This document shows, piece by piece, positions 44,821 to 54,406 of a DNA stretch of 54,731 nucleotides. The translations under genes were made by a program, and so were the position numbers. The stretch's first letter is position 1. Each line of letters begins with the position of its first letter. This stretch comes from Candidatus Uhrbacteria bacterium CG_4_9_14_3_um_filter_41_35 (GTDB lineage: Bacteria; Patescibacteriota; Patescibacteriia; UBA9934), in assembly GCA_002791275.1 (NCBI GenBank), contig PFWT01000025.1, forward strand, positions 1-54,731, given 5' to 3'. The notes beneath the pieces are model-generated. The model had not been told where the DNA came from. It saw only the letters and a list, made by a program, of their open reading frames with translations, and did no database searches.

Positions 44821-45999
44821 CTACCAGGCTAGCTCAGCCTCACGAAAAGCTGTTCTTGCCTCCTCATACAAACCGAGCCCAAAGTAGTGGCTTCCGAGCG
44901 CGGTCCGTTTATAGAACTTGGCAAGTACTGGTGAGCGTAGTGTTTTATCAACTACGACCTTGCCAGTAGCGTCTTGAACAAGACTCGCTCGCATAGCTTC
45001 GAGCTCACTGTGCAGTAAAGCAAGCTTTGCGACGTGAACGCTCTTTTCGTGCTCCTTACGCGGACGCTTTTCGATTTCCGCAAAAGCTCGGCGCATCCAG
45101 TCAACGTATTCACGCTGAAATTCCAGTGCTTCAAGGACAAACTTAACCCGACGAAGCCGTTGAAGCGCACTTCCGGAATGGCCAGCATTCAGTAGAATGC
45201 TGGCTGGGCGAAGGTCATCCACAATACACCTGCGGTAAGCGTTCCGCCAAGGCTGAAAGTGCGTAACTTCAAGCCTTAAAATAAGCTCCGAGATTTGCCA
45301 AATGGCGTGGTTAAAGTTGCCACGCCCAGCTTCCCGCTCGACCTCGTAGATAATTGAACCAATTTCGAGGTGACGAAGTCGCATCTCGTGCTCTTCGTGA
45401 GCAATGAGTTGCCGAACGAGCAAATGGCGTTCTTCAATATGCCCGCAGATATCGATCATCGCGCGGTACAGCCGATAGCCGTTATCGCCAGCAGCGATGA
45501 GTTGCGCTGCTGACTTCCCAGGATTCTGCCTGCCGAGCGAGTCCCTGCACTCCGCAGAATCACCAAGACGCCAAGCCATCTGGATCCGCTCTTCGTGCAG
45601 AGCGCCCGAAAGCTCAGCCTTTGCTTCAAGTGCCTGCGCCGTAAACGCGACCCGCTCGTCAGCGCTTAACCGTTTCCAGGCCCGCACCTGTCCGTTAAGG
45701 TCAAGGCAGGTTTGGATTAACCGAAGCATTACAGAAATATAGCCCTCGTTTTGAAAGCTACCGTAGCCGTAGCCGTCCTTGGTGTGACCAAGGCTTCGGT
45801 CAAACTTGTCGAGAGACGCAAAGTAGTGCCACACTTTCTGACGATGGTTATAGGCCAGTACACCCCCGTGCTCGAAGATCTGCGCAGAGTCCTCCACAAG
45901 GTAATACAAATGATTACTCAGCCTCACGAGTGCAGAGCGCGGGACATGCACTGTCCTGTTTTTTGCAACCCGAAAAATCTTTTCGTCCTCATTCGACAT
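44821..45999 (-). CDS. hypothetical all-helical protein (392 aa)
   Basis: Long open frame with its own terminator (about 44790-44815) and a TTGACAAAAGC -35-like element upstream. No motif was recognised. Confidence 0.65.
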   Translation of the reverse strand: MSNEDEKIFRVAKNRTVHVPRSALVRLSNHLYYLVEDSAQIFEHGGVLAYNHRQKVWHYFASLDKFDRSLGHTKDGYGYGSFQNEGYISVMLRLIQTCLDLNGQVRAWKRLSADERVAFTAQALEAKAELSGALHEERIQMAWRLGDSAECRDSLGRQNPGKSAAQLIAAGDNGYRLYRAMIDICGHIEERHLLVRQLIAHEEHEMRLRHLEIGSIIYEVEREAGRGNFNHAIWQISELILRLEVTHFQPWRNAYRRCIVDDLRPASILLNAGHSGSALQRLRRVKFVLEALEFQREYVDWMRRAFAEIEKRPRKEHEKSVHVAKLALLHSELEAMRASLVQDATGKVVVDKTLRSPVLAKFYKRTALGSHYFGLGLYEEARTAFREAELAW

Positions 46000-46129
46000 C
46001 TTTTACCTCTCTTCAAAATTGTTGAAAGAACAAGATTTGTTTACTATAATTAGAGGCTTTTGTCAATTTAAAAACTAGAGAAAAAGTAACACAAAAACAA
46101 AATATCCCGTCCGTAAGAACAGGATATTT

Positions 46130-46205
46130 TGGAGCCTTCGGGCGGATTTGAACCGCCGACCTCTACTTTACGAAAGTATTGCTCTACCAGCTAAGCTACG
46201 AAGGC
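46130..46205 (-). tRNA. tRNA-Thr (anticodon CGT), CCA encoded
   Basis: Reverse complement: GCCTTCG TA GCTT AGCTGGTA GAGC A ATACT TTCGTAA AGTAG AGGTC GGCGG TTCAAAT CCGCC CGAAGGC T CCA. There is one A-G mismatch at the top of the anticodon stem. Confidence 0.85.
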
Positions 46206-46250
46206 ATTAAATTTGTAATTTTTTATCACAAAACAAAAACGGTGTCGAGT

Positions 46251-47138
46251 CTATCTTACAAAAAATTTAATTTTACTTTGTTCCTTAAATTTTGTAAACG
46301 CTGGAAGCATTCCTGTTTTATTAACTGTTATTACTTGCAAGGCAACCCGCGCCCGCTCATTTGGATCACCCGAAATATCCACTACTTTAGCGATTGAATA
46401 AAAATCCTCAGCTTCTAAAATTGGTGAAACCGTCCCCAGTTCGGCCTCAAACATATCTTTATATAGAGCCGGCAATTCATCTTTTGTAAAATAACCAGTA
46501 TCGCCACCACTCGGTGCTGAGAGATCGTCACTTCGAGTCATTGCAAGATCCGTAAAATTAAACCCCGAATCCAGGTCATTTAAGATTTTGTGCATTTTTT
46601 CCAGAGGTTCAGTTTGAAACTCTGCGTTTTTCGCTACTACAGTTTCTGAGTCTTGAGCGATTAAAAGTGGGGTGACTATATATTTTCGATAATCAGCCTC
46701 CGACCACTGAACCGACTCTAAAAAATCCGCTAAACCCGGCTCGTTCATTACAAAATTCTGAACCGAACTTTGCGAAACGTGCACACCAAGCGATTCACCG
46801 AATTGCTCCAGTTGTTTGTCGGCAATCAGTCTCCTTAAAGCCAAAGTAAATGGATCATTATTTTCGTTGCTAGTTTTTTTCTGAATTGAGTCCATTATTC
46901 CCGCCATTTTTGCTACATCACCATACCAAATTATATCCCTATCCACGACCGCTGCTGGAACTGGAAAAACTCTGGCGATTAAACTGGCTGGCCCTTGGTA
47001 CCAATGCTCAACATAAAATCCAAATAAGCCAATAATTATACTCGCGAAAAGTACGGCTAAAGCAAAAAAAGATCCCACATACGAAAGTGAAAGTCGTTTT
47101 TCGTGGTTATGGAATTTTTCGTGACGCGCTATTTTCAT
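46251..47138 (-). CDS. membrane-anchored parvulin-type peptidyl-prolyl isomerase (PrsA/SurA-like)
   Basis: N-terminal TM helix, with the C-terminal GGDTGYFTKDELPALYKDMFEAELGTVSPILEAEDFYSIAKV PpiC pattern. Confidence 0.7.
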   Translation of the reverse strand: MKIARHEKFHNHEKRLSLSYVGSFFALAVLFASIIIGLFGFYVEHWYQGPASLIARVFPVPAAVVDRDIIWYGDVAKMAGIMDSIQKKTSNENNDPFTLALRRLIADKQLEQFGESLGVHVSQSSVQNFVMNEPGLADFLESVQWSEADYRKYIVTPLLIAQDSETVVAKNAEFQTEPLEKMHKILNDLDSGFNFTDLAMTRSDDLSAPSGGDTGYFTKDELPALYKDMFEAELGTVSPILEAEDFYSIAKVVDISGDPNERARVALQVITVNKTGMLPAFTKFKEQSKIKFFVR

Positions 47139-47554
47139 AACAGACTTTCGCGCTCAAATTTCTGTTTATCGAAAAAATAATAAAACCAACGTTTTGGATT
47201 GGAAACAAAACTTTCCGTTTCTTCAGGGATATTTTGCATAGCTCTAAAGTCACCCGATTTATCTTGCACAACAATTAGAGTCTCGCCTTCTTTTGACAGT
47301 CCGTATTTTAGCCGACCTTCTTTTTCGAGATAATCTTCACTTGAAAGTGTGTCTATTAAACCGAGGGTGTTTAATCTATCTTGTTCTAACATTGCCCGTT
47401 CCTGCTCCATTTGCGCGATTTCGTGCTCAATCTGTGAGTTGCCAACATATTCTTTACCAAAAGTTAAAGCCAAAAAGAAAATCACCACAATATTCAGTAA
47501 GATAAATATTTTGATCTTATTCTGTTTTTTGATTAGTGGTTTTTTCTTCGACAT
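47135..47554 (-). CDS. septum-formation initiator (FtsB/DivIC family)
   Basis: Basic N-terminus, a single TM helix and a coiled coil (IEHEIAQMEQERAMLEQDRL). There is an ATGA overlap with the downstream gene. Confidence 0.65.
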   Translation of the reverse strand: MSKKKPLIKKQNKIKIFILLNIVVIFFLALTFGKEYVGNSQIEHEIAQMEQERAMLEQDRLNTLGLIDTLSSEDYLEKEGRLKYGLSKEGETLIVVQDKSGDFRAMQNIPEETESFVSNPKRWFYYFFDKQKFERESLL

Positions 47555-48119
47555 TTATTGGGATGGTTGGGGTTTTAAAGGGTGTCTTTGATTTTTCTAA
47601 GTCCACCGCCTGTTTCTCTTCAGCTTCTTCTCCTGTTACCAAACATTTTACCTCAAGAATTAAATCTCGAACATGGTTCGGATTTTTTAGTCCGTAAAAT
47701 TCGAGATCAAATGTTTCACCTTTGATTGTGTGAACCCGCAAAGCTCCTAAATTCAGTAGCCCAACGATCCCAATTTTTTTGATTTTAACAGACTTAATTT
47801 TCTTATACCAAAGTTCGTGAATTTCGCGTTTAAAGAGGCTTACCTGGTGCAAATCAATGATCCGCCGATCGGTTACAATTAACATTGATAATCGCCAAAT
47901 ATTCCAAATTCGAAAAGTGTACCAAACACCAGCAAGTTCAATTAAAACAAAAAATAAAATACCTGTTAACTCCAATTTCATTAACGAAAAGAAGAAAAAG
48001 AATGGCAAAAGAATCCAAATAAAACCAAACAATAATCGTGAAAGTTCGAGTAAAATGCTCTTTTTCACAATCGCAATGATCTCCTCATCAACATCTAACT
48101 CTACAAAACCTGCCTTCAT
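47517..48119 (-). CDS. membrane protein with a bacterial PH (YdbS/YdbT-like) domain
   Basis: Two TM helices followed by LIVTDRRIID... ATG 48119 overlaps the murE TGA (ATGA). Confidence 0.5.
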   Translation of the reverse strand: MKAGFVELDVDEEIIAIVKKSILLELSRLLFGFIWILLPFFFFFSLMKLELTGILFFVLIELAGVWYTFRIWNIWRLSMLIVTDRRIIDLHQVSLFKREIHELWYKKIKSVKIKKIGIVGLLNLGALRVHTIKGETFDLEFYGLKNPNHVRDLILEVKCLVTGEEAEEKQAVDLEKSKTPFKTPTIPINVEEKTTNQKTE

Positions 48120-49453
48120 AGTGTCAGTTTTTTCTTCATAGCCGAGATAGCTGATGCTTTGTCGCTCCATGGAATTTTTTTACCGTGTGCCACTGCCATT
48201 ACTGGCTCGTTACCCTTACCGGTTAGAATGACAATATCCCCTTTTTCCGCCAGCATAATTGCTTTTTCTATCCCAGCATTTCGGTTATCAATCAAAAATA
48301 AATCCACCCCCTCTTTTTTTCCAGCACTTACTGCACCTTTTGCCACCTGTTCAATAATTTTGCGCGGATCATCGTCGTACGGATCTTCGTTAGTCACAAT
48401 CACAATATCCTCCTGTTCGCCAGCAAGGCGACCAATAGGGGCTCGTCTTGCTACATCTCGGCCACCGCCTGCTGAACCGTGGACGCCAATAATACGCTTT
48501 GGCTTTAGTGCTTTCACGGACTTTAACAGAGCCGAAATAGCGTATGGTTCATAGGCATAGTCCACAATCACCATAAAATCCTGCCCAAGGTCCACAATCT
48601 CAAAGCGCCCTGGCAGGGGCTCAACTTTTTCTGCAGATGCAACAATATCACGCAACGGCAACCCAACCGCTACCAGTGCCCCCATAGCTGCCACAATATT
48701 TTTTATCTGAAAGTTAGCGCTTAGCCGAACCTTAAACTCGAGCCCATTTACGGCCATCGTCACCCCAGTCTGGCTGTGCTTAACAATGTTAGCAGACAAA
48801 CGATCTTGGCCAAAATCTTCACCATCTCCAGCCTCGTCCTCGTTGAACTGATACCAAATAGTTCGATCCGCCCTGAACTTAGCAAAGTAATCGGAATATT
48901 CATCGTCAGCATTTAAAACACTGATTTTATATATCACCTTCTTGTTGATCGTCTTTTTAGGTGAGTCGATAAGGTGTTTAAATAGCTTCCCTTTAGCTTT
49001 TTTATAGTTTTCAAAACCACCGTGCGCTTCAATATGTTCTGGTGTTAAATTCGTAAAAACCACCACATCATAATTTATACCAAGATGCCGAAACTGATCT
49101 ATGCCCTGTGATGATGTTTCAATAATCGCGTAATCACAACCCGTTTTTACCATTTTATGCATCAGGCTTTGCAGATAAAACCGACCAGGCATAGTCATTT
49201 TCATTTTGTTTTCTATTGCCTCACCAGCAATCTTAAAACCTGCGGTTGTGGTATAACCTACCTTTGCTCCGGTCGCTACAAGCATTTGTTCGATAAACTG
49301 TACGGTTGATGATTTACCGTTCGTTCCAGTCACGCCAATAACGATTAGCTTATTTGAAGGATAACCATAAGCAAACGCTGAAATTTTCGCTAGCGACCAG
49401 TGATAACTCTGGAGCCATGGTTTTGGGATTATTTGTTTGATTTTATGTAGCAT
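48116..49453 (-). CDS. murE: UDP-N-acetylmuramoyl-L-alanyl-D-glutamate--diamino acid ligase MurE
   Basis: GVTGTNGKSST P-loop and Mur ligase middle and C-terminal domains. The start is placed at Met 49453 (alternative 49474), because the track ORF extends into murD. Confidence 0.85.
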   Translation of the reverse strand: MLHKIKQIIPKPWLQSYHWSLAKISAFAYGYPSNKLIVIGVTGTNGKSSTVQFIEQMLVATGAKVGYTTTAGFKIAGEAIENKMKMTMPGRFYLQSLMHKMVKTGCDYAIIETSSQGIDQFRHLGINYDVVVFTNLTPEHIEAHGGFENYKKAKGKLFKHLIDSPKKTINKKVIYKISVLNADDEYSDYFAKFRADRTIWYQFNEDEAGDGEDFGQDRLSANIVKHSQTGVTMAVNGLEFKVRLSANFQIKNIVAAMGALVAVGLPLRDIVASAEKVEPLPGRFEIVDLGQDFMVIVDYAYEPYAISALLKSVKALKPKRIIGVHGSAGGGRDVARRAPIGRLAGEQEDIVIVTNEDPYDDDPRKIIEQVAKGAVSAGKKEGVDLFLIDNRNAGIEKAIMLAEKGDIVILTGKGNEPVMAVAHGKKIPWSDKASAISAMKKKLTL

Positions 49454-49562
49454 ATTCTTACACCAGCCTATCATTTTCGGTGGGTTTAAAACAAATTTGG
49501 GGACTTCAGTTTCGCCTAAACTGGCAGAAACCGGCCCCCATTTTATAATCAACAATCTAAAA

Positions 49563-51041
49563 CTACAAATTACGAACTTCTTCACGGAACTGTTCACCTC
49601 TATCAAATTCGTTAGCAAAGAGGTTAAAACTAGCTGCACCAGGGCTCAGCAAAACAATATCGCCCACTGACGAAACAGCCTTTGCCCTTGTAACCGCTTC
49701 TTTCATTGATTTTACGCCAGTCTCGATAGAGACTTTACCATTAAGAAGTTTTTCAATTTTATCGGAAGCGTCCCCCTCAAAGAGAATTACGTGCTTACAT
49801 GCTTTTGGAATTTCGTCGGTCATTGGTTCGTAGTCGAGCATCTTATCCATTCCGCCGGCAATTAAAATCACGTCTTTGTCGGCACCAAAATGTTTTAAAG
49901 CTGCGACCACTGCGGTTGGGTTAGTAGCGGTTGTGTCGTTAATATAGCTAATTTCGTCCACCTCACGCACCAATTCCTGACGATCAGAAACACCTTTGAA
50001 CTCACGTGCTACTTGTCTTACTACCTCTACTGGAATACCACGAAGCAAACCAGACGCAACAGAAGTCAGAATATTTGAAACACTATGCTCCCCCTTTAGG
50101 CCTACTTCAGCCAGCGGGATAATTTCAGTTTCAGCCATCTCTCTTCTAAATACAATCATGCCATCTTCCCTCACATAACAACCGTCGTGCTCTGGCTGGT
50201 CAATCTTCGAGCACCAGAAAAGCTTCCCCTTCACTTTTGTTTCCATTGACCTTACTGTTTCGTGATCCCAGTTCAAAACCGTGTACTGTTCCTCTGACTG
50301 CCACTCATAAATAATTTCTTTTGAGTGAATGTAGTGACCATAGGAGTGGTACCTGTTTAAATGGTCTGGGTAAACGTTGGTTAGCACGGAAATATCCGGC
50401 CCACGTTTTAGATCTATAAAAGCCTGGGGCATACTTTCAAGTAACCAACTTGAGAGCTCGAGTACGATAAGTGTAGGTTCGCCTCTTGTTAAAATTTCGT
50501 CGAGCATTTCAAGTGGTGATACTTTAATATTACCGGCAATTACGGTTTTTTCATCAATCTTTTCGAGCATCTCGCCAATCATTTTTGTGGTTGTAGTCTT
50601 TCCCTTTGTGCCGGTTACCGCAATGATTGCGTAGGGGCAGTATCTAAAAAATAAACTTACATCTGATTCAATTGAAACACCTTTTGCCCGCGCCGCTACT
50701 ATAAACTCAGACTCACTCGGTACTCCAGGATTTTGAACAACACAATCGACATCTACGAAATCTTCTTCTCGGTGCTCACCTAAAACAAAAAGTGGCGCAT
50801 AAATAGTGCGGTTTGGATACATATCTCGGTACTTATGGTACCAGTCCATCACTAGAGACATCGATTCTTCGAGTTCGACCTCATCTTTAAGATCTGTAAT
50901 AATGGTTTGCGCTCCGTGACGAATTAGCCATTTTGCAGCACCAAGACCACTTCCTTGTTTGTAACGACCAAGACCCATCACAGTTACCACAGCGTCTTGA
51001 AAGTTTTCGATTTTAGATAAATCCATATTATATAAATCCAA
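49563..51041 (-). CDS. murD: UDP-N-acetylmuramoylalanine--D-glutamate ligase MurD
   Basis: N-terminal Rossmann fold VMGLGR, a P-loop AVTGTKGKTTTT and a Mur ligase C-terminal domain. Confidence 0.85.
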   Translation of the reverse strand: MDLYNMDLSKIENFQDAVVTVMGLGRYKQGSGLGAAKWLIRHGAQTIITDLKDEVELEESMSLVMDWYHKYRDMYPNRTIYAPLFVLGEHREEDFVDVDCVVQNPGVPSESEFIVAARAKGVSIESDVSLFFRYCPYAIIAVTGTKGKTTTTKMIGEMLEKIDEKTVIAGNIKVSPLEMLDEILTRGEPTLIVLELSSWLLESMPQAFIDLKRGPDISVLTNVYPDHLNRYHSYGHYIHSKEIIYEWQSEEQYTVLNWDHETVRSMETKVKGKLFWCSKIDQPEHDGCYVREDGMIVFRREMAETEIIPLAEVGLKGEHSVSNILTSVASGLLRGIPVEVVRQVAREFKGVSDRQELVREVDEISYINDTTATNPTAVVAALKHFGADKDVILIAGGMDKMLDYEPMTDEIPKACKHVILFEGDASDKIEKLLNGKVSIETGVKSMKEAVTRAKAVSSVGDIVLLSPGAASFNLFANEFDRGEQFREEVRNL

Positions 51042-51109
51042 ATGTTAAAGCTCTAATGTCAAATAATAAGATAGCTTTGACATTGGATATTAGAAACTTG
51101 ATATTAAAA

Positions 51110-53728
51110 TTATACCACAGACATCTTTTTTAGACGTTTAAGATTGTAGATTTCTTTGACAATTTCAATAATAATCAACTGAACAAAAGCTAAGCCAAAC
51201 AGAATCACCCACTCCTGCGTAGATAATTGGGTTAATTTAAATAGATCTCTTAGCATAGGAATTGAAAACGGTATAAACAGCATAACAAAACCAAGTACCA
51301 CACTCGCTACCAACAACCGGTTTTCAAATGGGTGTGAGGTGAAGATGCTTCGACGAAATTTCCGAACAGCAAAAATGTAAATCAGTGAATCTAGACCGAG
51401 TGTTAGGAAGATAAACGTACGAATTTCTTCGATATTTGTACTGTGGTGAAGTAAATAGAAATAAATCCCAAACAACAAGAAATCCGTGAGCATTCCCACC
51501 AAGAAAATGAGAATCTTCATTTCACTGTTTAAAATTGGCTCACTCTTTGGCCGTGGTGGTTCGTCCATAATACCGTCTTCGCCTGGCTCAAAAGTAAGCG
51601 CCACACTTGGTAACCCATCTGCGATTAAATTAATCCACAGAATCTGAGCTGGTAAAATCGGCAGTGGTAGCGACAACGCCAAGGCACCAACCACTAAAAT
51701 AATTTCACTAAAACTATCCGACAAGAAGTAGACCATCATTTTGCGGATATTATCAAAAATTGTTCGGCCCTCATAAATTGCGTCGATAATAGTTTTTACA
51801 TTATTGTCGAGCAAAATCATATCCGCTGTTTCTTTTGCCACCGCCGTTCCAGAACCAAGCGCAATACCAATATCCGACGCTTTTAGGGCTGGTGCGTCGT
51901 TCACACCATCACCAGTCATCGCTACTGATTTACCCCGACTCTGCCAAGCCCGAATAATCCTAAGTTTATGTTTAGGAGCTACCCGGGCGTAAATGTAGAA
52001 CTGATCCACCCGTTTTTTTAAATCTTCGTCATTCATTTCATCGAGCTCAGCTCCAGTCAAAATCGCCTGAGCCCCTGCTTCTATTCCAGCCTCAAGCGCA
52101 ATCGCCCGAGCTGTTTGTGGGTGGTCGCCTGTAATCATAACTACCCTAAGGCCGGCTTTTTTGGCTTTGGCGATGGTTGCATTTGTCTCTTTCCTGATCG
52201 GATCTTTCAAGCCCACAAAACCAATTACTTTGAGATCATTAACTAAAGAATCTGTAAGCTCCTTATGTTCAGGCATTTCTTCTGCTTTTGCCACTAACAG
52301 CACACGTAAACCGCTTGCAGTCATTTCTTCAAAGGTTTTCAGGAGTTGTTGACGTTCCTTGTCACTTACATCGGCCTTTGCTAACAACATTTCTGGAGCG
52401 CCAACAGCGTATAAAATTCGGTGTTTTTTAAACGTAAAAGAACTAGCTGAGTATTTTTTTATTGAATCAAATGGTAGCTCGCTTATTAGTGTGTATTTAT
52501 CACATTCTAAATTAGGTTCTAAACGCTCGGTGTAACGTCTGAGCGCAATTTCGGTTGGCGAACCTTTCAACACCTCTTTGTGTGTTTTATCGTCTATCTC
52601 TAAAATCGATGCATTTGTTGTTAAAATTGCCCGCCCAATTTCATAAAGCTTTTGGTCATTACTACCGATTGGGACTATATCATTACCAACTCTGATTTCG
52701 GAAACTTCCATCTGCCCAGTGGTTAAAGTTCCGGTTTTATCCATACAGATCACCGATACACTCCCTAAGGTTTCAGCTGAAACAAGTTTTCTGACCAGTG
52801 CCTTCTTTTTTAGAATTCTCTGCATACCGATTGCTAAAATCACAGTAAGCGAAACCGCCATTCCTTCTGGCACCGAGGAAACAGCTATCGCTACCGATAG
52901 GTAGAACATTTCGGCAATATTAAAACCCGCCAAAGATCCGCCAATGAAAATGATTCCTGCCAAGGCAAGCACTGCCAATCCAAGAATGCTCGCAAAACGA
53001 CCAAGTTGTGCTTGTAGTGGTGTATCTTCGTCCTCAATCTCTGAAACAAGCTGAGATATTTTTCCGATTTCTGTATGCAAACCGATCGCTGTAACCAAAA
53101 TCTGCGCGTGGCCACCAACCACAACAGTCCCAGCAAAAACCATATTTTTTTGATCGGCAATCGCTAACTCTGACGCTACCGCCTCTGAATGTTTTTTTAC
53201 GGCACTTGATTCACCGGTTAGGGCTGACTCGTCCACTGAAAAAGTTTGCGCATCGATCACACGACCGTCTGCTGTAATTTTTTCACCCGCAGCTAATAGC
53301 AAAATATCACCCACAACAATTTGAGAAGCTGAAATTTCGTGAATTTTACCCTCTCGTTTTACATTAACAGTTTGTGGCAGATAAGCCTGAAGCGCGTGAA
53401 GTGAACGATCTGCCTTATACTCCTGAAAAAAGCCAAGTACCACATTTAGAGTTACCGCAAGACTAATCACTATTACATCAAAAAACTCTTTTAAAAATAA
53501 GCTTACTATTGCAGCAAAAATCAAGATGAGCATAAAAGGGCTCATAAATTGCTGAATAAAAATAGAAAATACGGCCCTTGGTGGCTGTTTCGGAATCTCA
53601 TTTACTCCGTTTTCCCGTAATCGACGCTCCGCCTCTTTTACTAATAATCCCTTTTTTGAGCTAGAAAATGCTTCAAAAACATCTTTTTTGGACTGCGCGT
53701 GCCAGGAAATTTGATTTTTTACCTCCAT
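51110..53728 (-). CDS. cation-transporting P-type ATPase (type II, Ca2+/Mg2+-like)
   Basis: TGES, ICMDKTGTLT, MITGD and MTGDGVNDAPAL motifs, with about 10 TM segments. Confidence 0.9.
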   Translation of the reverse strand: MEVKNQISWHAQSKKDVFEAFSSSKKGLLVKEAERRLRENGVNEIPKQPPRAVFSIFIQQFMSPFMLILIFAAIVSLFLKEFFDVIVISLAVTLNVVLGFFQEYKADRSLHALQAYLPQTVNVKREGKIHEISASQIVVGDILLLAAGEKITADGRVIDAQTFSVDESALTGESSAVKKHSEAVASELAIADQKNMVFAGTVVVGGHAQILVTAIGLHTEIGKISQLVSEIEDEDTPLQAQLGRFASILGLAVLALAGIIFIGGSLAGFNIAEMFYLSVAIAVSSVPEGMAVSLTVILAIGMQRILKKKALVRKLVSAETLGSVSVICMDKTGTLTTGQMEVSEIRVGNDIVPIGSNDQKLYEIGRAILTTNASILEIDDKTHKEVLKGSPTEIALRRYTERLEPNLECDKYTLISELPFDSIKKYSASSFTFKKHRILYAVGAPEMLLAKADVSDKERQQLLKTFEEMTASGLRVLLVAKAEEMPEHKELTDSLVNDLKVIGFVGLKDPIRKETNATIAKAKKAGLRVVMITGDHPQTARAIALEAGIEAGAQAILTGAELDEMNDEDLKKRVDQFYIYARVAPKHKLRIIRAWQSRGKSVAMTGDGVNDAPALKASDIGIALGSGTAVAKETADMILLDNNVKTIIDAIYEGRTIFDNIRKMMVYFLSDSFSEIILVVGALALSLPLPILPAQILWINLIADGLPSVALTFEPGEDGIMDEPPRPKSEPILNSEMKILIFLVGMLTDFLLFGIYFYLLHHSTNIEEIRTFIFLTLGLDSLIYIFAVRKFRRSIFTSHPFENRLLVASVVLGFVMLFIPFSIPMLRDLFKLTQLSTQEWVILFGLAFVQLIIIEIVKEIYNLKRLKKMSVV

Positions 53729-53818
53729 ACACGAACATTATATCACGAAGATAAATTATCTAATATTAGCCTGAAAATTTCATTTTAAAATTGACAAAAT
53801 GAGGAAAATGTAATACAG

Positions 53819-53847
53819 TTGACAGTTCTTTTATTTCTTTGTATTAA
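53819..53847 (+). promoter_or_regulatory. sigma-70-type promoter of the two-gene small-protein unit
   Basis: TTGACA (53819-53824), 17-nt spacer, TATTAA (53842-53847). A second TTGACA lies at 53791. Confidence 0.55.
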
Positions 53848-53860
53848 ACCTGGAGGCTAA

Positions 53861-54202
53861 ATGGTGATTATAATTATTACCAGTGGCTTCTGTGCACTGG
53901 TTCTGTTCAATGTACTAGCGAGCACTGCGCAGCCGGTCAAAAGCCAAAAAGCGCCAGCGAATGCTTACTGGCGAAACCAAAAAATCGCCAGCTTGAAAAA
54001 CCACCAGCTCGAAACGTTGCTTGCTGAGATTTGCATCAGCTCAACTTCCACTGAGCAAGTTAAGTGGCGGATCGAAACGGAACTTGGGTATACTGGTGAC
54101 ACCTTTGTAAAAAAAATGTGTGTAGGCAGGAATTCGATCGAGTTCTTTGTCTTCCTAGTAGCGCCAGACGGAAATCTGATAACCTATCTGCACAACAAAT
54201 AG
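53861..54202 (+). CDS. hypothetical small exported or membrane-anchored protein (113 aa)
   Basis: GGAGG lies 4 nt before the ATG. The N-terminus is hydrophobic (VIIIITSGFCALVLFNVLA). No motif was recognised. Confidence 0.6.
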   Translation: MVIIIITSGFCALVLFNVLASTAQPVKSQKAPANAYWRNQKIASLKNHQLETLLAEICISSTSTEQVKWRIETELGYTGDTFVKKMCVGRNSIEFFVFLVAPDGNLITYLHNK

Positions 54203-54212
54203 GAGGTCATTG

Positions 54213-54350
54213 ATGGATAAAGAAAAAGTTGCGGCTTATCACCGCCAAACACTTCACAACAAGTTGATGGCGACGAGCTCCTTGCTCTTCTGCACCATCG
54301 TTGTCGTGGTGTACAGCGACAGAGTTGTACACGTCCTGAGTCTTGGCTAA
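54213..54350 (+). CDS. putative 45-aa single-TM peptide (MDKEKVAAYHRQTLHNKLMATSSLLFCTIVVVVYSDRVVHVLSLG)
   Basis: AGGAGG lies 6 nt before the ATG, which is 10 nt after the upstream stop. A strong terminator follows. Hand translated. Confidence 0.45.
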   Translation: MDKEKVAAYHRQTLHNKLMATSSLLFCTIVVVVYSDRVVHVLSLG

Positions 54351-54372
54351 AGCCAGACCCAGAAAAAACCAC

Positions 54373-54400
54373 ACGCCCCGTCTGCAAAGACGGGGCGTTT
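54373..54400 (+). terminator. intrinsic terminator
   Basis: 11-bp stem ACGCCCCGTCT-GCAA-AGACGGGGCGT followed by TT.TCTT. Confidence 0.7.
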
Positions 54401-54406
54401 ATCTTA

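Noticed and set aside
44695-46130. An integrated island at tRNA-Thr(CGT) with att duplication.
   Set aside because: No integrase gene is present, and by eye there is no copy of the tRNA 3' end in 44695-44820. It is kept only as a low-weight remark in the findings.
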